Below, in pieces: positions 46,001-58,264 of a stretch of DNA of 64,000 nucleotides (position 1 is its first letter; every line of letters starts with the position of its first letter). A program made the position numbers and the translations under genes. Origin of the DNA: Macrostomum hystrix (Eukaryota; Animalia; Platyhelminthes); assembly GCA_950097015.1 (NCBI GenBank), contig CATNEN010000030.1, positions 1,488,001 through 1,552,000 of the forward strand, read 5' to 3'. The notes beneath the pieces were generated by a model that saw nothing but the letters and a program-made list of their open reading frames with translations, had not been told where the DNA came from and ran no database searches.

Positions 46001-49000
46001 TGCTACCATTTTGCTCGCTTCGGTTCTCATTTATTTCAGAGGAATTAACCTGTAGTTTATAACTAAACAATCTGAACTTAAACTCAGGACCTGTTCGGCA
46101 AGCTGGTAGCAGAGGCTCTCGCGATAGCGAAATCCCTTCATTGTGCATTTCTACGCTCGTAAATTCCATTTCTTCTATAGCAGTCGTGTATACGTTTGCA
46201 CTTATTATTCTGAGAGCATTCTGCGATCCCTACGCTCGTAGGCCTCCAAAAACAGTGGAGGGGAGTGGAGTACGTGTACACACATACCCTGACAGCCCTA
46301 ATCTCTCTATCTGTTATTGGTAGTAGTAGAATGGCCTCCAGATAACAGGGCTTCTCTGTATCGTCTGGCAGTGGCGTGAGTAGGACGCAAGTGCGGTCAT
46401 AAACTCGAATATTCTCTCTCTTCCCGGTCTGTACCGCGCCGGGGCCTTATCAGCAATTTTGAGACGCGTTCATTCCGAAGATTGCGTTTTTTAATTGTAT
46501 CAGCTCGATTGCGCGCGTGTTTTTTCTGCTCGGACCTGGCTGGCCCAGATTGCGGGCCATGTACGAGCTGCGGCCGCACCGGAGCTTAGAGTCAACAGGC
46601 GCTTGTTTTTATAGTAGGTTCCAATAGTTTTATGCCGCGTGTACTATCAACCCGATGCCTAACCGATCGTGAGTCCAAGGATGAAGCCCTCCAAACTCAG
46701 ACCACAACTGGAGCTGTCAGAGCAGCAGAAATTTTAGTTCATTGTTTTGTGCAACATAAAATCTGGTGCACTTTGCAATACAGTGTAGCTCGTCTTCAAT
46801 AAAGCATTGTCCTGGCGAAATAATGATTTCACTGGTGTATTTTTTAGGCTAGGGGTTACCCAGCGGCAAGTAATGCAATGAAATTTCCTTTAAATAACAG
46901 AGCAGCATCATGTTTTTAGATAAATTTAAACTAACGTTTGGAAACTTTTGGTCGCATACACGCACAGGTACGCTTGTCGCTCGGGTTAGTATAAGCATTC
47001 AGAGACAGGTGGGGTAGACATCAGAGAGACTGAGACAGAGATAGCTAAGCTGCCGTAAAATTTTGATTTATTCATGAGAGCTTATGCTTAGCGCTCAATC
47101 GTTCAGGACATATAGGGGAGGGCCGAGGGCCTCCGTTCCCCTTCCTAACTCCTGACTCCCCGGCGCGAGAGTCCAAGCCTTACTGACCCTTAGCGTCTGC
47201 CATGCTGCCCATGCCATGTCCTCTTTAACAATATACGAAAAGCGCAACCGGACTGTCCGAGGTTGAGCTGAACCTGATAGTCACATTGTCAGTTAAACTG
47301 CTCTTAATCTGAAGCTACCTGTCACAAACTCTCGTCTCTGTGTGAAGCTACCTGTCTTAAAGTCTCATCTCTGTGTGAAGCTACCTGTCTTAAAGTCTCA
47401 TCTCTGTGTGAAGCTACCTGTCTTAAAGTCTCGTCTCTGTGTGAAGCTACCTGTCTTAAAGTCTCATCTCTGTGTGAAGCTACCTGTCTTAAAGTCTCAT
47501 CTCTGTGTGAAGCTACCTGTCTTAAAGTCTCATCTCCGTGTGAAGCTACCTGTCTTAAAGTCTCATCTCTGTGTGAAGCTACCTGTCTTAAACTCTCGTC
47601 TCCGTGTGAAGCTACCTGTCTTAAAGTCTCATCTCTGTGTGAAGCTACCTGTCTTAAAGTCTCATCTCCGTGTGAAGCTACCTGTCTTAAAGTCTCATCT
47701 CTGTGTGAAGCTACCTGTCTTAAAGTCTCATCTCTGTGTGAAGCTACCTGTCTTAAAGTCTCATCTCTGTGTGAAGCTACCTGTCTTAAAGTCTCATCTC
47801 TGTGTGAAGCTACCTGTCTTAAAGTCTCATCTCTGTGTTATCTCATAAGTCTCATCTCCGTCTAAAAGATCAATATTAAGAAGGCAAGCTATGACAAGCC
47901 AAATTCCAATATCCAGATTCTCCCGGTGACAACGAAGTTGTGGGAAAGTAGGCTAGTAATATCTAACGCGAGAACTGATTAACTATTGCACACAGATTGA
48001 GGTCCAAACTAGTTTGTATTATAATAATTGGCAAATGCTGTAACCTTTCTACGAAATCGACCATTTAGAATTTTTATGAATCTTAGAGTTCTACTATGAA
48101 ATGACAAGCTGCCGATTATTTTCGGCCTTAATTCCTTGGCATGCCCTGCAGTCCAAAAACGCAAAGAATCTCTTTTTAAGCAAAAGCAACACGCCATTGT
48201 GCAAGTGGAGTAATAGCTATTAAAATAATAACAATTGTATAGTTTAAACAAAGCATGCGACAAATATTATCTGTGGATTTCGGTGTCTTAAGCGTAGGAT
48301 GGCGGCATGCATATTAATTAGCTATTAGATTATTATAAAATAAACATTTGTTCAGCTTTCTTGGCACTGAGGTTAGACTAGCGATCCGTTGCCTCACAGT
48401 CGCTATTATGATATACTAAAAATTGAAATGCTTAATCAGAAGCAACCAAAGCTTTCGGGAAGTTGCACAAAAATGGGAAAGCAAATGAATAAGCAATTTT
48501 TGTGTCGGCTTTGATAGATACTGCTTCATGTACACGCAAGTGATTTTTGTGACCATATCGCTTGCTAAAATTTCATTTGGGTTCGCCAGTTTTAGACGGA
48601 ATTGAAGAATGAGAATTCTATGCTGCTCATGAGTCTCGTTAATACCACATAAGACCCATGCGGTATTTTGAAGCTCGAAAGAAAACGCCTTACCTCTCTG
48701 CTATCCAGCTTCATGCCTTGGCCTCCGCTGCCACCGTTACCAGCGACGCCGCCGACTCCATTCATGCCGATACCATTCATGCTCTGCTGTTGCTGCTGTT
48801 GCTGAGCCTGCTGTTGCTGCTGCTGCTGCTGCAGGGCCGTCGACTGCGACTGTGGCGTCGGCGGCCCGCCGCCTAGCAAAGCGTCAGCGGCAGCGGCCGA
48901 CATTACTGGCAGGCCGCCGGTGCCCAGGTAGCCGGTGTAGTTCGGCGCCGAGGTGACCGCGGCCGCCATGCCGCCATTGATCAGAGGCTGCAGGCACAGA

Positions 49001-52000
49001 AGCGGTGGACGATATTGATAGAGCCGAACGCAATAATATTTTATTATTCATAAAGCAGGTAAGGGGCCAACATTTACTCTAAAGGTTGTCAAGGAGAATT
49101 CCGAGAAGCATTAGGCACAGGCGCACACAAACAGGTTACATGCACACACACGCCCAATATAAATTAACTCCTTTGAGCTGAAACCCTAGCACCAGCTAGA
49201 GTCCCGTCATCATCTCTGCGCCCCCATAGTGTTGCGCCGCCCCCTGGACCTAAAACAACGGAGACTCCGACCAGCAGATGGGATCGAAAGCTGAGAAGGC
49301 TTGGAGGCTGAAGGAGAATGAGGAGGATATAGGATGAAGAGGCTAGACAAGCGGATCCCTGAAACCTCTCGGCCGCAGAGCTGCCTCTCTCTCTACACCC
49401 TTTTTATACCTTTACCCGGGTTTGGGTTCAGGTGGAGATGAAACAGGGAGGCGGGGGGAGGCCGGCAAATATGTTACCGACCGGCATGAGGTGGGGAGGG
49501 CGGGCACAGAAGAAGAAGAGTAGGCGAGGCGCAGTAGAGCAGCGAGGAGACGGGATGAGAGAGGAGTTGGGGCAGTTTTTCAAAACAAGAGCATTCACCT
49601 TTTCTCCTCTGTTCTCCCCTGCTCTCGCCTCACTCCTTCATCCTCATCTTCAGATCCCCTTTGTGGCCCCTAAAGTCACACCGCGCAGAGAGCAGATTCA
49701 ATCCCTGCAACTATGGCTAAGTCGGCTATTCCCGATGTGTGTTTACTGTGTTTTGTGAGCGATGGGCTGGCACACTCTACTATAGATAGATACTTGTTTC
49801 GTCTGTCCCGAGACCCTGCGAGAAAAGCCTTGAAAGCTAGAAATCGAAAATTTAATTGAATTCGCTATGAAAATCCAACTCGTTTGAACCTTTAAAACAA
49901 AAAGGTTGCGCGAGACAGGTTGTAGAGCTTTTACTGATTAACTGAATATAGAAAAGGTGGCGTAAGGTAGAATAAGGAAATGACACGATGGAGAATGGAG
50001 ATGGGGGAAGCCTGAACAAGCGGATGGAAGACAATCGGGAGAGCGGATGGAAGACAAGGGGGAGAGCGGATGGAAGACAAGGGGAGAGCGGATGGAAGAC
50101 AAGGGGGAGAGAGGATGGAAGACAAGGGGGAGAGAGGATGGAAGACAAGGGGGAGAGCGGATGGAAGACAAGGGGGAGAGAGGATGGAAGACGCAAGGGA
50201 GGGAGATGGAGGATGGAAGCACAAGGGGGAGAGAGGATGGAAGACAAGGGGGAGAGAGGATGGTAGACAAGGGGGAGAGAGGATGGAAGACAATGGGGAG
50301 AGCGGATGGACGACAATGGGAGAATAGATGGAAGATAAAGCGGAGAGCGGATGGAAGACAAAAGGAAAGAGTATTAGGCTAGGGAGATAAATGTGTAGGC
50401 AGCGGCAATGAGAATGATGTATACGAGCTCCATACAAGTGATTCAATTTGATGAGAAAGCGGTATTACTCGGTCACACGTGACGCACAAGCAGGGATCCT
50501 TGAAAAAAACAGGTTCCAGAAAGTGGAAAGTCAACAAGGTTTTTAGTCGATTCTCGAGCTCATATAGATATAGCCATAATAAGGTTTGAGATTATCTGTA
50601 TCTAGATGATAGAGCGAAATATGATTTTTAAATCTCTGATTAACCATCTCGCACTTACTCACCTCTCACTATGGCACACACAAACACACACTGAATAGAG
50701 ACAAACAGGAAAGCAGCAAATTTAATCAAGTAGCTATTCAATTCTCAATACTATAGGCTACTTCCTTTTATTGCTGCCATCAGCGCCGCTATCACTCCAG
50801 GCTATGATCCCCAAGTAAGCAAGCAGCAGACCTGCTGAAATCTCCCATATTTCCCAGATTACAGATGATCAAATCTGCCCCCCACCCGGAAACTGAAAAT
50901 GTGATTTTAGTCGGTAGTTTTTTCTCGAAAGCAATTCTATATTGAGAATGCAATTAAAGTTGAGTAAAATTGAGGCGGTTCCTCATGTTTAGGGTAATTT
51001 GCTGATTGCTTGGAAAAATAGCTTAGAGCTTGATTTCTGGAACTGAAGAAGACTTGAAAACTGCGAATTAAAAATTTGCTAGACATCAGACAACTCCTCT
51101 TTCCTTAATCTTAGAATCTCCCAAATTAAGTGAGGCCAACTTGGGATTGCAATTTCCCGACCACAGAATCCCGATCCCAGGATCCTGGGAAATACTAGAA
51201 GATCAAATCCCGGGAAATACTAGAAGACTAAATCCAGGGAAATACTAGAAGATCAAATCCCAGGAAATACTAGAAGATTAAATCCAGGGAAATACTAGAA
51301 GATTAAATCCCAGGAAATACTAGAAGATCAAATCCCAGGAAATACTAGAAGATTAAATCCCGGGAAATACTAGAAGATCAAATCCCGGGAAATACTAGAA
51401 GATCAAATCCCGGCAAGTACTAGAAGATTAAATCCCGGGAAATACTAGAAGATTAAATCCCGGGAAATACTAGAAGATCAAATCCCGGGAAATACTAAAA
51501 GACTAAATTCAGGGAAATACTAGAAGATCTAATCCCCGGAAATACTAGAAAATTAAATCCCGGGAAATACTAGAAGATCAAATCCCGGGAAATACTAAAA
51601 GACTAAATTCAGGGAAATACTAGAAGATCTAAGTTCCCGGGAAATACTAGAAAATTAAATCCCGGGAAATACTAGAAGAATAAATCCCGGGAAATACTAG
51701 AAGACTAAATCCCGGGAAATACTAGAATATAAAATCCCGGGAAATACTAGAAGATCAAATCCCGGGAAATAGTCGCGGGATTTTCCGCAGAAAATTCTAA
51801 ACTAAACAGCGCCAAATCTACTGGAAGCATAATTTATTTACTAGAAAATTGACGGTCGTAATTATGTTGTTTACGTTTGTACCAGCTACCAGGAATTTAA
51901 TGATCTGATGTCCGATTTTCATAAATTTAGTCGAGAAAGTCGGGACTATACCTCAGTACCGGGTAGAACAGCACCCTGGGAAAAAGTCACTTAGAATTTT

Positions 52001-55000
52001 TTAATGGATTAGAAATCCCAGGATTTTTCCAGGAAATTTCATAGAATTCCGGGAATCCAGGATTGCAATGCCTAGTCCAGAGACTCTACAGATATGACGT
52101 CAGAGGGTGGCCTCGACTTACTCATAGATCCGCTTGAGTTGGCCATGACACAGACGCGGAATGGGAATGAATTCATTTCATCTCCCTCATCCCCCGCCCC
52201 AGCCTCTTTCACGCTGCCCAGTTCGGCAGTTCGATGTCAACCGAAATCCAGGCGCCACCCTAGCGCTATCTCCAGATCTGCCCAAACGACCCAAGCCCGC
52301 AGACACAACTCTAGCAACCAATCTAATTGGGTTTACTACTGGGCCGCAATGCAATTATGCTTGAGAGGAGTAAGGCGAGAGGGCTAGTGACAGTGTGTGC
52401 GGAAAAACGAGTGACTATACAGTAGTTGAGTTGAGACCCGGATTGTTACCAACTCAACTAAATGGGCCTATTGCTTTGTGAAACACAGTCCTACTTATCC
52501 TAATCTAGATATCTATCATTCTCATCTCTCTGTCGGCCTATTTATTCTTCTTCTTTTTCAATTTAATTTCAGATGCAAGAAGAACTAGCTTTGTTGGTGA
52601 CATGACAAGAAACTAGAAAGCTCACTGGTCTTATTGAGGCTGGTACTAATTGAGCCAGCAATTCAGAATCGAGTAAAAATGTTAGCTAAACAGGCTCTGT
52701 TTTCTCTATTAGGCTTGCTGGAGGCTGTGTGGCCTTGGGGGATGTTGCTCGTGGATCTGGCTCTCAGTTCTTGTTAGAGGTTGCTACTACAACTCAAGAC
52801 AGCAAAGTCAGACAGCTAAGCATACTGTAAAGCAGTCCTTTAATATAGCATACTGAATACTGATTATTGTGCATTTGTAACATTTTCTAAAAGGGTTTTA
52901 CAAATTTAATAACAAGGCCTTGACCAGTGCCTTGGTTAACTTTAGACAAAACTTGCGATGTGACAATACCCAAAAGGGTCCAAGTATCGATTAGGGAGGG
53001 CCGGGGTGTTATATGTACATGTTATCTCAAGGCGATTAATTGAGTGTCAGCTCCCCAATGTACAGTAAGGGGCCTATTTGGGCGGTCCTTTTCCTAACTT
53101 CTGGATGTTTATTGTGTGTTGGCTAAAGCCGGCTACCCTGGACGAGATGGGGAGGTGTGAAAACCGACCAGCCCAGTTTGTCTTTCGGGTTAAGCGAAGA
53201 GTAGGAAACTCCCTGTCCGAATTACAGACAAAATAAAACATGAATTGGAATCTTGAATTATCCTTGAATTTAAGTGTGAGTTTAATCTGAATCTACGGTC
53301 TAGTGTCTCCTTTCTTCACCAAAACAGACGGAAGTGGGGACGGAGAGAGTTAGAAAATAGCACAGGAAAACATCAAATCTTAGACAAAAACATAAGACCA
53401 GAGTACCAGACAGAAGCTTACCCCTGTAATGGGAATCAGTTGGCCGTTTAGCGCAAAATTGTGTGACAGCATCTGCATCTGCAGATTCTTAATAATCAGA
53501 TTATTGCGGCCATTCTGCAGCAGCTGCTCGCGGAGGTGCTGAGGCGGGTGCAGGTATTTGCACGGCGGCTCCTTGCGCTGGCACTTGCCCTGCGGGAAAT
53601 TCACAGTTATTATTGGTTGATTACTCATGATATTGCATATGACATAAAGAATTCGACAGCGTAATAAAAAATATCAATAAATGCACAAAATAATTATATG
53701 ATAGCCTTTTCTTGAAATTTGCTATTGTAAGTCGTGACTCGTGGAGCGACTAAGTGACGGATTAGGGTTTTTCAAGTTCCAGTTTTTAACGCTCTATCTT
53801 ATCACTTAAGCTATAAATTAATATAACACTACCCGCCTCTACACTGAGTCTATACGTGGCAAAGCCGGTGGGAAATGTCTGTCACAAAGTTCTGAGCGCT
53901 GATAAGGACAAACACACTAGCAGATAAACAAAAAAGGCCCTCGCTGTCTCCGCTTGAATTAGTGCAGACTTTCAATAAAATCAAGAGTTTCAGAGTCGCG
54001 GCCTCGAATTCGAGTTCAAGCCAAGGCCAGGAGCAGACAAACGACACTGCAACTGCAACGTGAAAAGCAATCGCAGCAGAAGCAGAGTCTGTGTCTGCGA
54101 ATGCCAGGACTCCAAGATGGCTGGAAAGCTAATTTTCAAGTATAAAAAACACTGCAACTACAATACAGCCGGGCAATGAGGGCATACCGAGTCAAATTTG
54201 CGCATCGATTGTGCAATGTGCATAGCCCGTATACCTTAACCCACCAGAGAAGCTATTAAATATTTTTATTGCAATGTTCGCATCGCCAGTGCGCTTTCGT
54301 TGGAAGTGTTTGGGGCTAGCTAATTCACTCACTAATTTAGCTGTTCCGCCTATTCACGATCATGAGTAGAGTAAGCTTTTATTATTTACTCGCCACTTTT
54401 AACATTGAAATGCATATTTCATTGTTCCTATATTTCTAACCCATTCAATTTAACTAAACAATAAAAATTGATTCTATTGTGAAGTGAACCAGGACCAGAA
54501 CTGTGCAAAACAAAATTAATCAATAGTCTCAACTCTCAAATTGGGACCTTGAAATATGAAGATTTAATTAATCAACAATAACAAACACACACTTTAGTCT
54601 AGATCAATAGACAAAAAACTTTTATAGTAACGCTAAGCTTCTATTTAGAAAATTATTAGAATTCAGTTCGTTAGTTAATCTATTAGACTAGTACATATTA
54701 CTTGTGGAGTTATTGTTTAAATTTCGAAACTTAAACAAACCTAGGTACTAACGAACAAGAAGTAGCGATTTAAAGCCAAGCAAAGTCAGAGAATTTCGAA
54801 ATACATCCTACTCTTCTTACCTTTAAAGAGTCGTAGCAGCAGACAACCCGGCCGTTCTGCACCTCAACGTGCACCGGCGGGTGGGCGAATTTGCATTCGT
54901 TCTCGGTGCGCGAACACTTATTACGCTGATACTCCCGGCACACTTCCAGTGTTAGCCAGCGGCTATCCTTGAACTGCGTGAACTGCATCAAGCCGGGATT

Positions 55001-55012
55001 CACAATAGACAT
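25089..55012 (-). CDS. mbl: Muscleblind (MBNL-family CCCH RNA-binding splicing regulator)
   Basis: Phase-consistent exons 55012-54821 ([31 protein letters not shown]...CCYDSLK), 53589-53422 ([19 protein letters not shown]...NGRNNL), 48987-48694, 37879-37589 (probable), 30903-30744 ([19 protein letters not shown]...YQQ) and 25123-25089 ([14 protein letters not shown]). The product is 379 aa with the 37.9-kb exon and 282 aa without. The ZnF1/2 exons are certain; distal exon linkage is inferred. An acceptor at 55043 implies further 5' exon(s). Confidence 0.9.
26335..26700. repeat. 24-bp pyrimidine-rich minisatellite (~15 copies)
   Basis: Unit CTATGTTCTCCCCTCTCTCCCCTA. Confidence 0.95.
27091..29282 (+). 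mobile_element. Crypton-type tyrosine-recombinase DNA transposon, apparently full length
   Basis: Single YR ORF. Left end AGATT (27091-27095) + TTAACAGTAT; right end ATAAGGTTAA (29267-29276) + T + AGATT (29278-29282). The arms are inverted repeats matching 8/10. No long TIRs or LTRs. Confidence 0.72.
27595..29049 (+). CDS. Tyrosine recombinase of the Crypton/DUF3504 type, 484 aa, intronless
   Basis: N-terminal [36 protein letters not shown] resembles DUF3504/Crypton proteins. Catalytic-type motifs: GERGQEH (Arg), TKNQ (Lys), YTNHCIR (HxxR), ITGQ (Gln where His is usual), VRRY (Tyr). Confidence 0.9.
   Translation: MINWNHLPVDSLDGVSSKELQFLSNVSFLDHSQDQDLKDFIDFITDHSRNDDNVLDVQLPDEDVVATCGANSVASDGLSSEMDDAEMRSLPKTTRDQMVQHGSKFVNYMDSLGVHKQALATIGAEQLNEYLRLYYFRLKKPDGELYSAASLVCIRAGIQRYFRHIIKREINLVGGSEFSTANRMLRVKVREFQSAGGAVKHYEPIEIGDLAKLQEYFNRTTGERLQDETLFMLLYVLGERGQEHLKSLRRRDLLVDKIDSDGHPYLELPTLPTKNQSADPNKAKSFVEKQARIYGKQRELILLYSASLPAETKDDTFFPRPMPNKDGVVRFSTKQVRGINWLGSIMQRLSKVYLLSRTYTNHCIRVTRIADLKDSGFVLSDIMCITGQQNEATVRRYLSRKHDNIVREASSSICQALVKSASSAGPSSTSASEIEPTYGESLEPAVATPAAIQSISNRSIGVTSCVGSIFTECKFENCSFTFSK
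30100..30300 (-). mobile_element. CORE-type SINE copy lacking the tRNA head
   Basis: High identity over ~150 bp to 20090-20225, including ACAGCTGGGTGAACTGAAGCAATGCAGAGCAAAGTGTCTTGCTAAAGG. Confidence 0.7.
30345..30718. repeat. 21-bp minisatellite (~17 copies)
   Basis: Unit AATCTATAAGAAACAATGACT; starts ~25 nt downstream of a muscleblind splice donor. Confidence 0.96.
34965..35940. repeat. 40-bp minisatellite (~24 copies) in a muscleblind intron
   Basis: Unit CCCGAGATTATCAAT(CC/TT)ATAACAACCGTTGACTCATTGGA. Confidence 0.97.
43445..43800. repeat. 33-bp minisatellite (~11 copies)
   Basis: Unit TTAGTTTAGCAATCCATTCAATCCACGATTTGA. Confidence 0.95.
45750..45980 (-). mobile_element. tRNA-derived CORE-type SINE with recognisable Pol III boxes
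   Basis: The minus strand reads an A-box-like TGCCTTAGTGATTTGG, a B-box GGAGTTCGAATCTC (45936-45923), then GCCTCAGTTCACCCAGCTGTAAAATAGG, which resembles the MIR/CORE motif GCCTCAGTTTCCTCATCTGTAAAATGGG. Confidence 0.75.
47305..47845. repeat. 33-bp minisatellite (~16 copies)
   Basis: Unit GTGAAGCTACCTGTCTTAAAGTCTCATCTCTGT, unrelated to the 43.4-kb 33-mer. Confidence 0.97.
50020..50365. repeat. 23-bp purine-rich minisatellite (~15 copies)
   Basis: Unit GCGGATGGAAGACAAGGGGGAGA. Confidence 0.94.
51141..52074. mobile_element. Probable non-autonomous TIR element (MITE, hAT-like ends) enclosing a tandem array
   Basis: Left end TTGGGATTGCAAT (51141-51153) versus the reverse complement of the right end, TAGGCATTGCAAT (52074-52062): 11/13 match. 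CCCGGGA-rich subterminal motifs on both sides. No clean TSD. Confidence 0.4.
51180..51775. repeat. 25-bp minisatellite (~24 copies)
   Basis: Unit CCCGGGAAATACTAGAAGATCAAAT. Confidence 0.96.
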
Positions 55013-56003
55013 TACTTCCGGGCCCTCCAGGGTTGCTGATTTTCTGGGAAAAGGCTAAGCTTAGCTTTAAAAAATATTTAAATAAATGTAGGCTTTATTA
55101 ACTCACAATCGGTATGCTTTAGTCTCTAAGATAAATCCCTAATTATATCAGGCTCCTATCATTTAGGTAGAAAAATACACTGAAAAGAAACTCGTCTATC
55201 TTATTCTCAGAATCTTTGGCACGCGACTACTAAGGGCCAAAAAAATCAGCAGGCAGTGATGATGATCGAGAAGGTTGATTCAGCTATCCGTCAGCCTTAT
55301 CATGCGGCGTTCCAAGGAAGAAAAATGCAAGAGCTCGCCGGTATACTCAACTAAGAGAGCGTTGTGTGCTGATTATATAGCAAACGAACGATGCCTCGGT
55401 TTGCTATACTCCGAATTGCTTATCCTTGTTCGAACTTGGACTGGAATAAGGACTACGTCTAACTCAAGTCTGTGGGGAAGGAAAAGGATTAATGGAGAGG
55501 CTTGGCGGAGCGCTAGACGAAGGCGGGTCTCTTTATTTGCACACAAACTGCCTTACCCCAAGCCCCACCACAATCTCAAAGCGAAGCACTGCCATTGGCT
55601 GGCCGCTATAGCCAATTGGGCAGCGTCGACTCTCGTCATTTCTATTTCAAATCTTTGAAATTCAACAGTAGTGTGGTGGGATTGCAAAATATATTAAAAC
55701 CCTCTTGAGTTAAATCGTTACTTTTTTAATTAATTAAGTGAGACTCAACGACTGTTATTTAGGTATTTCACTGAAGTCGCTAAGGGCCAAATACGCATTA
55801 CTGCCTGCTAATTTTTTTGGCCCTTAAAATTTCAAGTGAAGGTAGTAGTTAATCGATAAAAAAGCAACTAGTTTATAAAGGAATTAAAACAACTTGGATT
55901 GCTGAACGATGATAAGCTTTTAGTTTAAAACAGTAGCTTATCCATACAAGTAACAAACTTAACTGAATTTTGCCGCTTTTTTGCAGATTCAACGAAGCAC
56001 CAG

Positions 56004-56922
56004 GTGTCCCTTTGTGGCTGTGGAAGACTGTCCCTATGTGGCTGTGAAAGAATGTCCCTATGTGGCTGTGGAAGACTGTCCCTATGTGGCTGTGAAAGAA
56101 TGTCCCTATGTGGCTGTGGAAGACTGTCCCTATGTGGCTGTGAAAGAATGTCCCTATGTGGCTGTGGAAGACTGTCCCTATGTGGCTGTGGAAGACTGTC
56201 CCTATGTGGCTGTGGAAGACTGTTCCTATGTGGCTGTGGAAGACTGTTCCTATGTGGCTGTGGAAGACTGTCCCTATGTGGAACGTCCCTTGGGCTGTGA
56301 AGACTGTCCCTATGTGGCTGTGGAAGACTGTCCCTATGTGGCTGTGGAAGACTGTCCCTATGTGCTGTGGAAGACTGTCCCTATGTGGCTGTGGAAGACT
56401 GTCCCCTATGTGCTTGGAAACTGTCCCAGGTGCTGTGGAAGACTGTCACCCTATGTGGCTGTGGAAGACTGTCCCTATGTGGCCTGTGGAAGACTGTCCC
56501 TATGTGGCTGTGGAAGACTGTTCCTATGTGGCTTGTGGAGACTGTCCCTATGTGGCTGTGGAAGACTGTTCCCTATGTGGCTGTGGAAGACTGTTCCTAT
56601 CTGCTGTGGAAGACTGTTCCTATCTGGTCTGTGGAAAGACTGTTCCTATCTGGCTGTGGAAGACTGTCCCTATGTGGCTGTGGAAGACTGTTCCTATGTG
56701 GCTGTGGAAGACTGTTCCTATCATGCTGTGGAAGACTGTTCCTATCTGGCTGTGGAAGACTGTTCCTATCTGGCTGTGGAAGACTGTTCCTATGTGGCTG
56801 TGGAAGACTGTCCCTATGTGGCTGTGGAAGACTGTCCCTATGTGGCTGTGGAAGACTGTTCCTATGTGGCTGTGGAAGACTGTCCCTATGTGGCTGTGGA
56901 AGACTGTCCCTATGTGGCTGTG
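56004..56922. repeat. 24-bp minisatellite (~38 copies) upstream of the muscleblind coding exons
   Basis: Unit TATGTGGCTGTGGAAGACTGT(C/T)CC; many small indels at 56270-56720. Confidence 0.97.
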
Positions 56923-58264
56923 GTACCCAAGGTTTGGACACTGTCAGACTCGCTTGAACAGCTGTCCACGGTGCTTTCAAAACCCCTAAATTTCAAATCC
57001 GCAATAATTCAGGCAAATTAACGACTATTTCCCAAATACACATAGCCCAGACTCTGGCAGTAGCAGTGTTGTGTAAACCGAAATTTTGTGTTTGCAAAAG
57101 CGACCTAGTTGACCTTTAAAAAACCGAAATGAAGCTAGTCTGCTCTTTTCTGATATCCGTAAATTATTTTATTCTGACATAGAAATGGCACAAACACGGA
57201 AGGCTATGAAAGCAATATTTTTACGAATGACAATAGTGCATTTTGCATACTATAGCTATAGAAATTATACGGTTACACACACATTTATTTATCTAGGTTT
57301 TGTATTTGGATTACTAAATTTTACAACGCGAAGTGTTGATGATGATGGGCGAAATCCGCCATTCTGAGTGACAATTTTAGCGTCCGGATTGGGGTTAAAG
57401 AATATAATTATCCAATCTAGTCAGTCAGTGCTCATGTAAGTGCAAGCAAAGCATACAACTCATCACTAATTGAGGCTGAAGCAGACAAAGGTTGAGCTAA
57501 AAAAATTGGCCATTGTTTCTAATAAAATGAAAATTCATAGACTAAAGGACGGTACAGAGTTATCAACAGGAAAATAGCACGAACATCTAGATCGAACTGA
57601 GAGATAAAGACAATTGAGAAAAATATTTGTAAGAGAAGGTAAAGCCAAAACATAGAATATTGATACAAAGTTGACATTTTACAAGATAAAATAAAGAACA
57701 CAAAGGTTTATCGAGTGGAGTGTTCAACATAAAGCTAAAAATGTAAAAAGCGACAATGTCTCCCAAATGTAGGTACTAATAAGTAGTAAAACTCAGTTTT
57801 GTATTTGTAGATACGCATTGTGACCGGCACAACAAGGCCTATTTAATATTACTTGTTATGTTTGTAATTTATTGTAGGAATGCTTTATTTACTGGGACCA
57901 GCAGCGGAAATGAAAGATTTTGAATTACTGAAAGGCCAATGGGGGGAGTAGGCACAAAGTTGTACATGTAAATAAAAGTTCTATGCTTATATAAATATAA
58001 TAATAACTCATTATATTAAAGGCGACAATTTAACCACCGATTAACGCTAATAAGGTCGATAAGCTGTGTAGAGTGGTTCTATTGGCATAGCAACAAATTA
58101 ATTTTTAACGCTAAAAGATAATTTCAGAAATTAGAAGGGAAAATGATCGGAAAATGTTAAACTGAAAAATAGAAAATGTATAAAGAAAGTGATAGTTTTT
58201 CAAACACAGTAAATGAATTGATAGTGGTGAGACTTAATGGGCCCAGGAGGCGCGCCGCGCCCAA

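Noticed and set aside
55981-57021. 346-aa VAVEDCPY repeat ORF resembling a metal-binding repeat protein
   Set aside because: 24-bp minisatellite open in all frames with frame-switching indels. The indel-rich middle (56270-56720) may reflect low consensus quality.
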